Assembly (NCBI GenBank): GCA_024275415.1
Contig: JAJRZD010000043.1
Span: forward strand, 10,981-74,980
Source: an archaeon
GTDB taxonomy: Archaea > Asgardarchaeota > Thorarchaeia > Thorarchaeales > Thorarchaeaceae
DNA: 64,000 bases
Direction: 5' to 3'
Shown piece by piece: positions 9,948 to 19,615 of this stretch. The position numbers and the translations under genes are program-made. The notes below the pieces were generated by a model, which was not told where the DNA came from, did not search any database, and saw only the letters and a list, made by a program, of their open reading frames with translations. Numbering within the stretch: position 1 is the stretch's first letter; every line of letters begins with the position of its first letter.

Positions 9948-10430
9948 TCATTCCTTACTTTTCTCGAATCTGTATATACAGTACTTGTCCCCTCGCATCA
10001 TACATCTTGTCAACAGCAATCTTGTACTCGGATCAACAGCCTGTCCAATTCCTTCATCGATTTTCGTGACCCAGTGGCATATATCTTCCTTAGCACTCAA
10101 TGACCTAAACCCCTCAAGCCAGGGACAGTGGGTGACCTTGATTTCCATCTCGTCTGGAGTGTCCAATATCTTCTCAAGATCGAACCCAAAATAGGGGTGT
10201 GCCTGCTCGAAGAAGTCGTAGATAGATGATAGGTCGCCTTTTCGTAACGTCCCATTCTGAATGCCATCAGTGCCGAGATGAAGTCCGTGGATCCGATTTG
10301 CTTCTGCGATTTCCTGTAGACCGGATTCGCCCGCAATTCTCCGAATGGCTTCAACGTACAATGCATGAGCGCTTGCTAGGGTGAACATGTTCACTTGTCG
10401 GACATCTTCAGCCGTTGGTTTCTGCATCAA
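9948..10430 (-). CDS. Hypothetical protein, possibly of the L-2-amino-thiazoline-4-carboxylate hydrolase-like family.
   Basis: 160 aa. The weak family resemblance is from memory only, and no catalytic motif was confirmed. Confidence 0.3.
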   Translation of the reverse strand: MMQKPTAEDVRQVNMFTLASAHALYVEAIRRIAGESGLQEIAEANRIHGLHLGTDGIQNGTLRKGDLSSIYDFFEQAHPYFGFDLEKILDTPDEMEIKVTHCPWLEGFRSLSAKEDICHWVTKIDEGIGQAVDPSTRLLLTRCMMRGDKYCIYRFEKSKE

Positions 10431-10548
10431 GGTTTCACAGAATCATTAACATCAAAGCACCTCATTAAACTTGTCTTAATGAGAACCATGTTCCCTTTAA
10501 TAGGATATATAACTAGGGGCACAGCCCGCCAAGTACAGGTGTTGGTTT

Positions 10549-11709
10549 GTGCTAGCAAGACGGAATCAGCATATCATGGCGAGCGAGATTAGACTTATTT
10601 TCAACAAGATTGTGGGACGGTCTGACATCGTCGACCTCACAGTCGGACTTCCTGACTACGACACACCAGACTACATCAAAGAAGCCGCAAAGGACGCGCT
10701 GGATCAGGGCTATACTCGTTACACTCACAATGCTGGGTATATCGAAACAAGAGAAGCCATGTCAAAAAAGCTGAAGCATGACAATGGGATCACCGCAGAT
10801 CCTGAGAGCGAGGTCATGATGACCGCAGGAGGGATGGGCGCATTGCTCCTTGCAAACCTCGTTCTTATCGACCCTGGTGATGAGGTCATCTATCCGGATC
10901 CGGGATTCGTGAGCCATCCTGCACATATCGAGTTGGCAGGTGGAATTGGAGTGCCAGTGAAGCTGAAAAAGGCAAACAATTTTGGCATGTCAGCAGATGA
11001 TGTCGAGGCATTGATCACCGACAAGACTAAGGCGCTCGTCCTCAATTCACCTAATAATCCGACAGGTGGTGTCACGCCAGAAAAGGAGCTACGGAAGATA
11101 GCAGACCTAGCCGAACAGCACGATTTCTATATACTCGCAGACGAGGCCTATGAGAAATACGTTTACGATGGGAAAAAGCCGAGCTTCATAGGGTCGTTCC
11201 CGGGGATGATGGAACGGACAATCTCCATTTTCTCACTATCAAAGTCCTATGCCATGACAGGATGGCGAATTGGTGCTGTGGCGGGCCCTAGCGAGGTCGT
11301 GCAGGCGATGGTGAAGCTACAGGAACATGTTCTGGCTATGCCCACATCAATCGCACAGAAGGCAGCAGAGGCAGCTGTTACTGGATCACAAGACTGTATT
11401 AGAGATATGCTGGCTACATTCTCAAGGCGAAGAGACCTCATAACCAAGGGGCTGAATGCTATTGAAGGTGTAGAGATGAAACCACCTGGTGGCGCATTCT
11501 ATGCTTTCCCTGACATGTCTGCATTCAACATGTCATCGCAGGAGTTAGTGATGAACATTCTGGACAATACTAACGTGGCAACAGTTCACGGGTCTGCCTT
11601 TGGGAAATACGGCGAAGGATTCCTACGATTATGTTATGCCGTATCTACAGAAAGAATCGAGGAGGCACTATCACGATTAGACTCATACCTCCACAAGCTT
11701 CTGAGATGA
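10549..11709 (+). CDS. PLP-dependent class I aminotransferase (aspartate/aromatic aminotransferase family).
   Basis: NSPNNPTGGV motif. The PLP-lysine region is SLSKSYAMTGWRIG. Length is about 380 aa. The start may be Met-10 (10576). Confidence 0.85.
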   Translation: MLARRNQHIMASEIRLIFNKIVGRSDIVDLTVGLPDYDTPDYIKEAAKDALDQGYTRYTHNAGYIETREAMSKKLKHDNGITADPESEVMMTAGGMGALLLANLVLIDPGDEVIYPDPGFVSHPAHIELAGGIGVPVKLKKANNFGMSADDVEALITDKTKALVLNSPNNPTGGVTPEKELRKIADLAEQHDFYILADEAYEKYVYDGKKPSFIGSFPGMMERTISIFSLSKSYAMTGWRIGAVAGPSEVVQAMVKLQEHVLAMPTSIAQKAAEAAVTGSQDCIRDMLATFSRRRDLITKGLNAIEGVEMKPPGGAFYAFPDMSAFNMSSQELVMNILDNTNVATVHGSAFGKYGEGFLRLCYAVSTERIEEALSRLDSYLHKLLR

Positions 11710-11759
11710 TGGTGTCCCATTCGAAAAGTAAAAGTAGGAATTCTTAGAATGACTTTAAG

Positions 11760-14105
11760 ATGACTTTAAGAACAAATCGCTTGAAGGAGAACGTGCTTTT
11801 CTCAGAACCAACGATATCCTCAGAGCGGGCTAGGATCTTCACCGAGTCAGTCAAGGAGAATGAGCGCGACCCAACCGGAATCCGACTGGCAAAAGCTTTC
11901 GCTGATGTTCTTGACCAGATGACTATTCGGATTGAGGATGGTGAAATGATTGTTGGGAATATGGGCCCCACTCCACGCTCCTGTCAGGTCTTTCCGGAAT
12001 ATAGCTGGACTTGGATAGCGGACGAGCTTGACCGCCTTGAACATAGAAGGACAGAGCGATTTGTAATCTCAGACGATGATAAACGAACTCTTCGTAGGGT
12101 GTTCGAGTACTGGAAAGGAAAAAGCACCGCAGAAATAGCGATGGGAAAGATACCTGAGCAATCCAAGAAGGCATCGAAGGCGGGACTCTTCACGATTGGT
12201 GCACCTGGAACAGGGATTGGACATGTCATCGTAGACTACCAACGGGTAATTAGAGTTGGAATAAAAGGACTCCTAGCAGAGATTGCTCAAAGGAAGCCTG
12301 ATGCCGATGAGAACGCAAGAATCCTCTATGAGGCGATGGAGATACAGCTTGATGCGGTCATAAGATTCGCACATCGTTTTAGCACACTTGCCAGTGACAT
12401 GGCATCCATCGAGGAGGAGCCAGTTCGACAAGCAGAACTAAAGGAGATCTCAAGGATTTGCCGAGTCGTTCCCGAGAATCCTGCGAAAACATTCCACGAA
12501 GCATTACAATCATTTTGGTTCATCCACCTGCTGACACAGATAGAGTCGAACGGGCATTCAATGTCAACGGGTCGCTTCGACCAGTACCTATACCCATTCC
12601 TTGAGCAAGATCTTGAAGAAGGTAGGCTTTCAGAAGATGACGCAATCGAACTCCTTGAGATGCTATGGATCAAGTTCAGCTCGTTAATCAAGCTGAGGAA
12701 CGAGTACTATAGTATTGCATTCGCAGGGCACCCGATGTTCCAGAACCTTACGCTGGGTGGACAGGACAAGAATGGGAACGACGCCTGCAATCTCCTGACA
12801 AAACTTGCATTACAGGCGACATCCAACATCCAAGTCACACAGCCGACGGTATCATTCCGCTGGCATGAAAAGACACCAAGATCGATGAAAGAACAGGTGA
12901 TTGACCTCGTATCCAAGGGTCTTGGGATGCCAGGGATTTTCAACGACGAAGTAATCATCCCAATGATGAAGGAGAAGGGAACAGACCCCAGAGAATGCTA
13001 CAACTACTCGATCCTTGGCTGTGTGGAACCGATAATCGAAGGGAAATCGGATCCACGACCAAACATCGGTTATGTCAACCTTCCCAAGATATTGGAAATC
13101 ACACTAAACAATGGCATAGATCCAAAGACTGGAGAGCAGGTAGGACTGCAAACAGGAAATCCCACTGAATTCAGCAGTTTCGAAGACCTCTGGAACGCAT
13201 ATCAGGAACAGATTGACTATGCAATAGAGATGCTCACTGAGGCTGACCGGGTGGCTGCGAGGGTACTCGCTGAGTACAAACCAACACCGTTCATCTCATC
13301 ATTGCTCCAAGGCTGTATTGAAAACGGGAAATCCATGCAGGATGGGGGTGCTGTCTATAATTCAGGCGGAATCATGGGTGTTGGACTGGCAATTGCAGCA
13401 GACTCGCTGGAGAACATCCGTTTCTTCGTCTTTGACAGGAAAGAGGTATCCATGAAGGATTTGCTGGATGCTCTTTCGAGGGACTTCGATGGTTATGAAA
13501 TTCTCCGTCAGAAGCTCCTGAAACATCCTCGAAAATACGGGAATGACATCGAGGATGTCGATTTCCTAGCGCGGGACACAGGTAGGACATTCTGCAACGC
13601 TATTCAGAAACGTATGACCACGAGGAACGGATCTTATCATGGAGCGCTGTTCTCCGTTTCGATGTACATCCCTCAAGGAGAAGTGCTTGGTGCGACACCA
13701 GATGGTCGGAGGGCTGGACTCATGGTATCCGACGGGGTTTCACCGGCACAGAACAGAGACCTCAACGGCCCCACTGCAGCGATGAAATCAGTGGCAAGAC
13801 TCGATCATGGGCTGTGCTACAACGGGACTCTCTACAACATGAAGTTCACTCCAGACCTGTTCGCATCGCCAGCGAACCGTGAGAAGTTCTCCCAATTGAT
13901 TGATGCATATTTCAAGCTAGGCGGACTCCACATCCAGTTCAACGTCGTGTCACGAGAAGTACTTGAGGACGCAAAGACCCATCCAGAGAACCACAGGAAC
14001 CTCATAGTAAGGGTCGCAGGATACAGTGCCTTCTTCGTAGAACTGGATCCCTTTGTGCAGGACGAGATAATTGCTCGGACTGAATTCACTGCAGGTCACC
14101 TTTGA
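11760..14105 (+). CDS. Glycyl radical enzyme of the 1,2-eliminase type (glycerol/diol dehydratase, choline lyase, HypD or sulfonate C-S lyase class), not pyruvate formate-lyase.
   Basis: 781 aa. The C-terminal glycine-radical motif is RVAGYSAFFVELD. The active-site loop GCVEP has a single Cys with Glu at +2 (the Cys-x-Glu signature of GRE eliminases). It lacks the Cys-Cys pair of PFL. Confidence 0.85.
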   Translation: MTLRTNRLKENVLFSEPTISSERARIFTESVKENERDPTGIRLAKAFADVLDQMTIRIEDGEMIVGNMGPTPRSCQVFPEYSWTWIADELDRLEHRRTERFVISDDDKRTLRRVFEYWKGKSTAEIAMGKIPEQSKKASKAGLFTIGAPGTGIGHVIVDYQRVIRVGIKGLLAEIAQRKPDADENARILYEAMEIQLDAVIRFAHRFSTLASDMASIEEEPVRQAELKEISRICRVVPENPAKTFHEALQSFWFIHLLTQIESNGHSMSTGRFDQYLYPFLEQDLEEGRLSEDDAIELLEMLWIKFSSLIKLRNEYYSIAFAGHPMFQNLTLGGQDKNGNDACNLLTKLALQATSNIQVTQPTVSFRWHEKTPRSMKEQVIDLVSKGLGMPGIFNDEVIIPMMKEKGTDPRECYNYSILGCVEPIIEGKSDPRPNIGYVNLPKILEITLNNGIDPKTGEQVGLQTGNPTEFSSFEDLWNAYQEQIDYAIEMLTEADRVAARVLAEYKPTPFISSLLQGCIENGKSMQDGGAVYNSGGIMGVGLAIAADSLENIRFFVFDRKEVSMKDLLDALSRDFDGYEILRQKLLKHPRKYGNDIEDVDFLARDTGRTFCNAIQKRMTTRNGSYHGALFSVSMYIPQGEVLGATPDGRRAGLMVSDGVSPAQNRDLNGPTAAMKSVARLDHGLCYNGTLYNMKFTPDLFASPANREKFSQLIDAYFKLGGLHIQFNVVSREVLEDAKTHPENHRNLIVRVAGYSAFFVELDPFVQDEIIARTEFTAGHL

Positions 14106-14160
14106 CTTTAACAAAAATTTAAGAACAATGGGGCTTCTTTAGCTTCCTCGTGAGATAAAA

Positions 14161-15156
14161 ATGGGCTTTGATGTGCTGACTTTTGGAGAAGTGATGCTTC
14201 GGCTATCCCCACCCGATTTTATGAGGATCGAGCAAACTGACAAGTTCAATGCTCATGCCGGAGGGGCAGAGATGAATGTTGCAGTGGCATGTTCACGTCT
14301 TGGTCTTTCCTCAGCATATGTCACCAAGCTAGGTGATAATTCGATTGGACATTTTATCAGAAACCAAGCTCGTATGCATGGCGTTGATACATCCAACATC
14401 TTATGGGATCCCGACAGTCGTTGTGGAGTTTACTTTGTCGAGTTCGGGGCTGCTCCTAGAACCAACAGGGTGATCTACGACCGTAAGCACTCTGCCATCA
14501 GCAAGGTCAAACCAGGGGAGGTGGAGTGGGATAGGCTATTCAAAGAAACATCTTTGTTCCATGCTAGCGGTATTACTCCAGCCCTCAGCAAGTCGTGTGC
14601 CGATACGACTCTCGAAGCCCTCAAATCCGCAAAAGCGAATGACACTGTTGTTTCGTATGATGTGAACTACCGTGGCAAGCTCTGGACTCCAGAAGAAGCA
14701 AACAAGTTCACTGAGCCCGCATCCGAACTCATTGACATCCTCATCACAACAGAAGAGGACACAAAGGTCGTCTACAGCATCGAGGGGGATAGTTATGAGG
14801 AAGTGGCTAAGAAACTCGTCGAGAAGTTCGGGTTCAAGGTCGTGGTCATCACGCTGCGCGAAACCCCCAGCGTGTGGCGGAACAAATGGTCGGTCTTCGC
14901 CTATTCCGAAGGAAAGGTGTACAAGAGCCCAGTCTACGATGTGGAAGTCGTCGATAGACTTGGCGGTGGCGACTCGTGCAGTGCAGGTTTCATCTATGGA
15001 TACCTGAAGTTCAATGACCTGCAAATGGCTGTAGACTTCGGAGCGGCATTTTCGGCACTCAAACATTCAGTCCCCGGAGACCTCGCGTTCATCAACAAGG
15101 AAGAGGTAGAGAAGCTGATGAAGGGGAGAGAAAGAGGGTTGAGGATAGAGAGGTGA
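14161..15156 (+). CDS. PfkB-family sugar kinase, likely 2-keto-3-deoxygluconate kinase (KdgK-like).
   Basis: 331 aa. The N-terminal FGEVMLRLSP pattern and C-terminal GGGDSCSAGF anion-hole motif of ribokinase/PfkB kinases are present. It overlaps the downstream aldolase by 4 nt. Confidence 0.75.
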   Translation: MGFDVLTFGEVMLRLSPPDFMRIEQTDKFNAHAGGAEMNVAVACSRLGLSSAYVTKLGDNSIGHFIRNQARMHGVDTSNILWDPDSRCGVYFVEFGAAPRTNRVIYDRKHSAISKVKPGEVEWDRLFKETSLFHASGITPALSKSCADTTLEALKSAKANDTVVSYDVNYRGKLWTPEEANKFTEPASELIDILITTEEDTKVVYSIEGDSYEEVAKKLVEKFGFKVVVITLRETPSVWRNKWSVFAYSEGKVYKSPVYDVEVVDRLGGGDSCSAGFIYGYLKFNDLQMAVDFGAAFSALKHSVPGDLAFINKEEVEKLMKGRERGLRIER

Positions 15157-15836
15157 ATGTAATGGGCTGGAATAAGGAAGATGCAATGAATCTCATCAAA
15201 GAAACAGGAATCATCCCGATCATCCGTGTGCAGAACCCAGATGATGCCATAATGGTTGCCGATGCGTTCATAGAAGGCGGTATCAACATCATAGAGGTCA
15301 CATTCAGCGTGCCCAATGCTATAGAAGTAGTCGAAGAGCTGTCAAACAGGTTAGGGGACGAAGTGCTCATCGGAACAGGAACCGTCATGGATGGTGTTAC
15401 CGCCCGAAGAGCGATATTAGCAGGAGCGGAATTCATCGTCAGCCCCATTTTCTCTCGCGACCTGATAGAAACTGCCAGAAGGTATGCAAAGCCCTGTTTC
15501 CCAGGGGCACTCACGCCTACTGAAATCGTCACTGCCTATGAGATGGGTGCAGACGCAGTCAAGGTGTTTCCCGCAGGGAACGTAGGTGGTGCAGCTTACA
15601 TCAAAGCTGTCCGTGCTCCAATTTCACACATCCCGCTCATCCCAACTGGTGGGGTGAACTTGGAAACCGCTGGACCACTGCTTGATGCAGGCGCGTTCGC
15701 CCTTGGTGTTGGAAGCGCTATCACTGACAAGAAGGCAATCGCAGAAGAAAAGTGGGAGATAATAACTGAAAATGTGAGGGAATTCCTCGATGTTGTGAAA
15801 GCACATCGAGGACAATCCGATGCAAGGATACTATGA
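15153..15836 (+). CDS. eda: KDPG / 4-hydroxy-2-oxoglutarate aldolase (Eda family).
   Basis: 227 aa with the Eda-like pattern (IIPIIR...IEVTF...VKVFPA...IPTGGV). It is coupled to the upstream kinase. Confidence 0.75.
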   Translation: MNVMGWNKEDAMNLIKETGIIPIIRVQNPDDAIMVADAFIEGGINIIEVTFSVPNAIEVVEELSNRLGDEVLIGTGTVMDGVTARRAILAGAEFIVSPIFSRDLIETARRYAKPCFPGALTPTEIVTAYEMGADAVKVFPAGNVGGAAYIKAVRAPISHIPLIPTGGVNLETAGPLLDAGAFALGVGSAITDKKAIAEEKWEIITENVREFLDVVKAHRGQSDARIL

Positions 15837-16301
15837 CGCTGTCAATCTCTGCAGGATGTTATCGTAATCCATGTAGGAGCGCAGCCCAGGGAGTTGACCT
15901 ACAGGCTTCCCGTTCTTGAAGGCAATCACCATGGGAACTGACTGCACTCCGAACTGAGCAGTGGTTCGGGGATTGCGGTCGATGTCAATCTTTCCAAAAA
16001 ATGCTTTCCCTCTGTAGTCTTGCGCCAACTCTGCGAAGATAGGAGCAAGCATCTTACAGGGGTTGCACCACTCGCCGTAGAAATCAACGAGCGCAGTCTT
16101 GGTTCTTTGGATAGTGTTCCAAAACGTATTATCAAACAATAGATTGACCTGCCCGTTTGCCATCGGCTCTGCTACTTGAGGTGTCTGAGGCGATCCCTGA
16201 GCCTGCTGCATGATCTGTTGCATCTTTCTCCGTCGTATTTCTGCTAGTTCATCATCCATTGTCACGGCACACTCCTTCGCTTGTGCAGTATTGCTACACA
16301 A
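15831..16301 (-). CDS. Thioredoxin with an N-terminal extension.
   Basis: WCNPCK active site in a thioredoxin-length C-terminal domain. Confidence 0.75.
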   Translation of the reverse strand: MCSNTAQAKECAVTMDDELAEIRRRKMQQIMQQAQGSPQTPQVAEPMANGQVNLLFDNTFWNTIQRTKTALVDFYGEWCNPCKMLAPIFAELAQDYRGKAFFGKIDIDRNPRTTAQFGVQSVPMVIAFKNGKPVGQLPGLRSYMDYDNILQRLTAS

Positions 16302-16394
16302 CCGTTTAAGAACCCTTCGTTTGTGTCAACTGATTGCGTTATAACTCGATTTAAAATGCAATACGATTCGGAGTGGGGTTGAGGAGTCCATTAA

Positions 16395-17297
16395 ATGCTC
16401 GATGGTGACTTCAGATATTACGTCCTTCTAATCATCGCCACTTTCACATGGGGAGCATCATGGATTGCGGCAAAAATCTTGGTTGCTCTCGCTCCACCTT
16501 TCACAATCGGGTTCTTCCGGTTCATGGTCGCAAGCATCTTCTTCATCTCGTATCTGAAGTTGACTGGGGTTTCATTTCGAAGACTTGTGACTAGGGAACG
16601 ATTGCGGTGGCTGGTCTTGCTAGGTCTAACAGGGATACTTGGATATGGTATCCTATTCTTGGTAGGAATGCAGTTCACTACGGCCGCCCAGGGGTCAATC
16701 ATTGCCGGCTTCAACCCGATCACTATCAGCATCTTTGCACATCTGATCCATCACGAGCGCTTAAAGAGGCGGTGGCAATATACAGGGTTTGCCACGGGAT
16801 TCCTAGGAGTGGTCTTCGTCGTTGGGGTTCAGTCGTTACTTGATTTCAGGCTGGAATATCTGATTGGCAACCTGATCATTCTAGGGGCCATGTGTGTCTG
16901 GGGTCTTTACTCGTCAATCGCCAAGGAAGCAATGAAGACTATGACTCCTCTAGAAGCAAACACAGGAGCAGTGTTAGTGGGAATGTTGCTGTTTGGCATC
17001 GGAGCCATTGCAGAGCAACCATGGATGTTTGTCACCTTCGATGACATCAACTTTTGGTGGAATATCTTCTTCCTCGGAGCTTTCACCACTTTCGTTGGCT
17101 TCTTCTTGTTCTTCGTAGGGATTGAGAAGCTCGGGGCAACCAGGGCTGGGGGATTCATCAATTTCGTGCCAGTGTTCGGTACTGCGTTGTCAGTTATCAT
17201 ACTTGCAGAAACTATCTATTGGACGTTCATTGTCGGTCTTGTCCTTGTTATCTTGGGAGTGACAATTATTAATTATCCAATACAGCACAAAGAGTAA
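16395..17297 (+). CDS. EamA/DMT-superfamily transporter.
   Basis: 300 aa with about 10 TM helices and two EamA-like halves. Confidence 0.7.
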   Translation: MLDGDFRYYVLLIIATFTWGASWIAAKILVALAPPFTIGFFRFMVASIFFISYLKLTGVSFRRLVTRERLRWLVLLGLTGILGYGILFLVGMQFTTAAQGSIIAGFNPITISIFAHLIHHERLKRRWQYTGFATGFLGVVFVVGVQSLLDFRLEYLIGNLIILGAMCVWGLYSSIAKEAMKTMTPLEANTGAVLVGMLLFGIGAIAEQPWMFVTFDDINFWWNIFFLGAFTTFVGFFLFFVGIEKLGATRAGGFINFVPVFGTALSVIILAETIYWTFIVGLVLVILGVTIINYPIQHKE

Positions 17298-17337
17298 AAG
17301 GCTTCCCGAGGTCAGTACGTATCGTCAAAAATTCGCT

Positions 17338-18777
17338 TTGGTGAGAGAGTTGGAGCAAGAAAACCAATTGGATACAATATTCGATAGACCTAGGGCACTC
17401 CGATTCATCGGGCTTACGCAGATGCTATTTGGACTATTGGGACTAATCGCAGGGATTGGGCTTCTTCTCGCGATGGAAACTGGGGTCGCTGACCCTGATG
17501 CGACACCCCCATATGTTCTTCTCATATTCGTTGGTGTTGCGATACCCTGTCTTGTGATAGGCAATTATGTTGATGATTTACGAAGGCGAGCCGTCATCGC
17601 CCAAATACTATACAGCTTTACGGCGGTCATCCTCACTGCGTTATTCCTAGGCGTGTACGGAATAGACTACCATTGGACATTCCCCTGGTATGAAACGACC
17701 TTTGACGTGTTCATCGGCAACCTCGCTGCTGCCATCCTAGTCATCCAGTTGCTCTTTGGGCTCTACCTTATCGTCAAATGGAGCGATGTAGTTCCTCCAC
17801 CAGGTGTGACAATAGAACGCGACAGAACACGAGCAAGGTTGATCGAAAGGGGAGAACTCCCAAGTCCACTCTCTACACACCTCCTCGCGGCGGACGGCAA
17901 AACAGAGCTACCACAAGAGGAAGGACAGAGGTTGCTCCAAGTCAGAAAGCTCGTCACCGAAGAAGGCATGGCAATCTTATGCTCCAACTGTGGTGGTGCA
18001 ACGCCTCTGACAAAGGTTGACGATGACAATACACTGAGATGCGATTATTGTGGAGTCCGACTCGCAGTATCAAGTGTCTTCGTTCCTTGCGAACACCATC
18101 CAGAGTATCTTGCTGCCACAAGCTGTGCGGTCTGTGGAGATCATTTCTGTAGGATGTGTCTTACAGCTCAAGAGCCTCCGGTGGATGAACGTTGGGAAGG
18201 ATCCACTGTTTTCCTATGCCAAAAATGCTTTGAGGGACGTTTCAAACCGGCTGTGACTACCTCATCGCTGGTTCTTCCAATTGAAAATCTCTTTGGCGTT
18301 GCTGGGGGACGGTTCTCCAAGCTCGGTCAATTGTACGGAAAATTCCTGCGGGCCTACGGAGGAATCATGAAGCATGTGGTTCGATTCTCATTGCGGATGG
18401 CTAGCAGTATGGGTAGGTCAGGTCGAGGTGGTCGTGGAGGCGATAACGCTGCGTCGTTCTTCATCCTGATGATTATCATCATCATAGCGATACCTATCGC
18501 TGTTGGATTCATTCTTCTTGTTGCAGGTATTGTTATCATTCCTCTCTTGTTCTACGTTGGACTTGTTGGCGTGGCAATTGAAGCAGTGCGTATCATACGG
18601 AGGACTGATTTTATCTCACTTCAGGAGGCACGAGAGAAGGGCATCAAGCTTGCCAAGCCAGTTGAGAAGAAAGAATCAGTGCTTCGAGAAACAACTCGCT
18701 CATGGGAAGGGCCGAGTCTGGCAGGTGCTAGCAGAAAAAGCGCATTCGAATCGCGTAGAGATTACTTCGGGAGTTGA
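17338..18777 (+). CDS. Polytopic membrane protein with an internal multi-Cys zinc-ribbon plus CxHH...CxxC...CxxC module.
   Basis: The N-terminal TM helices are followed by CSNCGG...CDYCG...CEHHP...CAVCGDHFCRMC...CQKC, and then a C-terminal TM region. Confidence 0.5.
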   Translation: MVRELEQENQLDTIFDRPRALRFIGLTQMLFGLLGLIAGIGLLLAMETGVADPDATPPYVLLIFVGVAIPCLVIGNYVDDLRRRAVIAQILYSFTAVILTALFLGVYGIDYHWTFPWYETTFDVFIGNLAAAILVIQLLFGLYLIVKWSDVVPPPGVTIERDRTRARLIERGELPSPLSTHLLAADGKTELPQEEGQRLLQVRKLVTEEGMAILCSNCGGATPLTKVDDDNTLRCDYCGVRLAVSSVFVPCEHHPEYLAATSCAVCGDHFCRMCLTAQEPPVDERWEGSTVFLCQKCFEGRFKPAVTTSSLVLPIENLFGVAGGRFSKLGQLYGKFLRAYGGIMKHVVRFSLRMASSMGRSGRGGRGGDNAASFFILMIIIIIAIPIAVGFILLVAGIVIIPLLFYVGLVGVAIEAVRIIRRTDFISLQEAREKGIKLAKPVEKKESVLRETTRSWEGPSLAGASRKSAFESRRDYFGS

Positions 18778-19598
18778 GAGAGATGACAAGCGAAGTCATA
18801 TTATGTCCGGTGTGCGGTGGCAAGGTCATATTCCAAGCTGCTGACACCGTGTCTAGATGCTCATACTGTGGGAGCCCAGTCCTCGGAAAAAGTCAAGACC
18901 GTAATTGTGTTCATCATCCTGACACACTTGCCAAGGCTGTATGTAATATCTGTGGTGACTTGATCTGTGAGCTAGACATGCAAAAGAGGGTCGGCAACTA
19001 CGGAGGGAAGCTCTTCACCGTGGTCAACTGCACGAAGAGGGAATGCGTGCGTGAGAGTGAGTGGGCACGTCCGGTGAATCCGGAGTACGAGCGACTGACG
19101 AACATGGATTGGGCAGACAAGATAGACAACAGCATTCTGAGGATCACAGGGATGGGAGCGCTCTTGATGGTCATCTTCGAGCTATTCTTCTTCCTTTCTA
19201 TGCTTTATATCCAGTTCCTCACACCTTGGGGACTTTCCGATAATATCCCATATTGGTTCATTCGAGGCGACCAAGTCATTGTCCTAAGCATAGTAGGTAA
19301 TTTCATCTCAGCCATGTTGCTACAGACTGGGCTTCAAGTGTACATTCACGAACGGCAGCTAGGGGCTGGTCTCATGCTATTCGTAATACTGGTCATTGAG
19401 GTCGTCGTTCTCGTCTTCCGGGGTCTCCAGTTCAATCTGCTGAATTTCCCGAATGGCATGTACCTTCTGTTCCTGCTGGGAGCCTTCGTCTTTGCATCAT
19501 TTCTGGTCTTTGTCGGAGCCCTTCTTGCAATCAGGATTGGCTGGAAGAAGCGGAAGCAACTTGAAAGAGCGATGGCTGAACTTGGACTGAGCAAATAA
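18774..19598 (+). CDS. Membrane protein whose N-terminus carries the same Cys-rich module, followed by TM helices. It is a paralog of the upstream gene.
   Basis: CPVCGG...CSYCG...CVHHP...CNICGDLIC...CTKREC aligns with the module of the upstream gene. The two genes overlap by 4 nt. Confidence 0.5.
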   Translation: MREMTSEVILCPVCGGKVIFQAADTVSRCSYCGSPVLGKSQDRNCVHHPDTLAKAVCNICGDLICELDMQKRVGNYGGKLFTVVNCTKRECVRESEWARPVNPEYERLTNMDWADKIDNSILRITGMGALLMVIFELFFFLSMLYIQFLTPWGLSDNIPYWFIRGDQVIVLSIVGNFISAMLLQTGLQVYIHERQLGAGLMLFVILVIEVVVLVFRGLQFNLLNFPNGMYLLFLLGAFVFASFLVFVGALLAIRIGWKKRKQLERAMAELGLSK

Positions 19599-19615
19599 AG
19601 GAGAAAGCCTCTCCC

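Noticed and set aside
11760-14105. Annotating the glycyl radical enzyme as pyruvate formate-lyase.
   Set aside because: The active-site loop has a single Cys followed by Glu (GCVEP), not the adjacent Cys-Cys of PFL. The enzyme belongs to the eliminase branch, and its substrate is unknown.
14536-15066. 176-aa minus-strand ORF and a 111-aa plus-strand ORF (14672..15007) inside the kdgK locus.
   Set aside because: They are antisense or out-of-frame shadows of the PfkB kinase gene.
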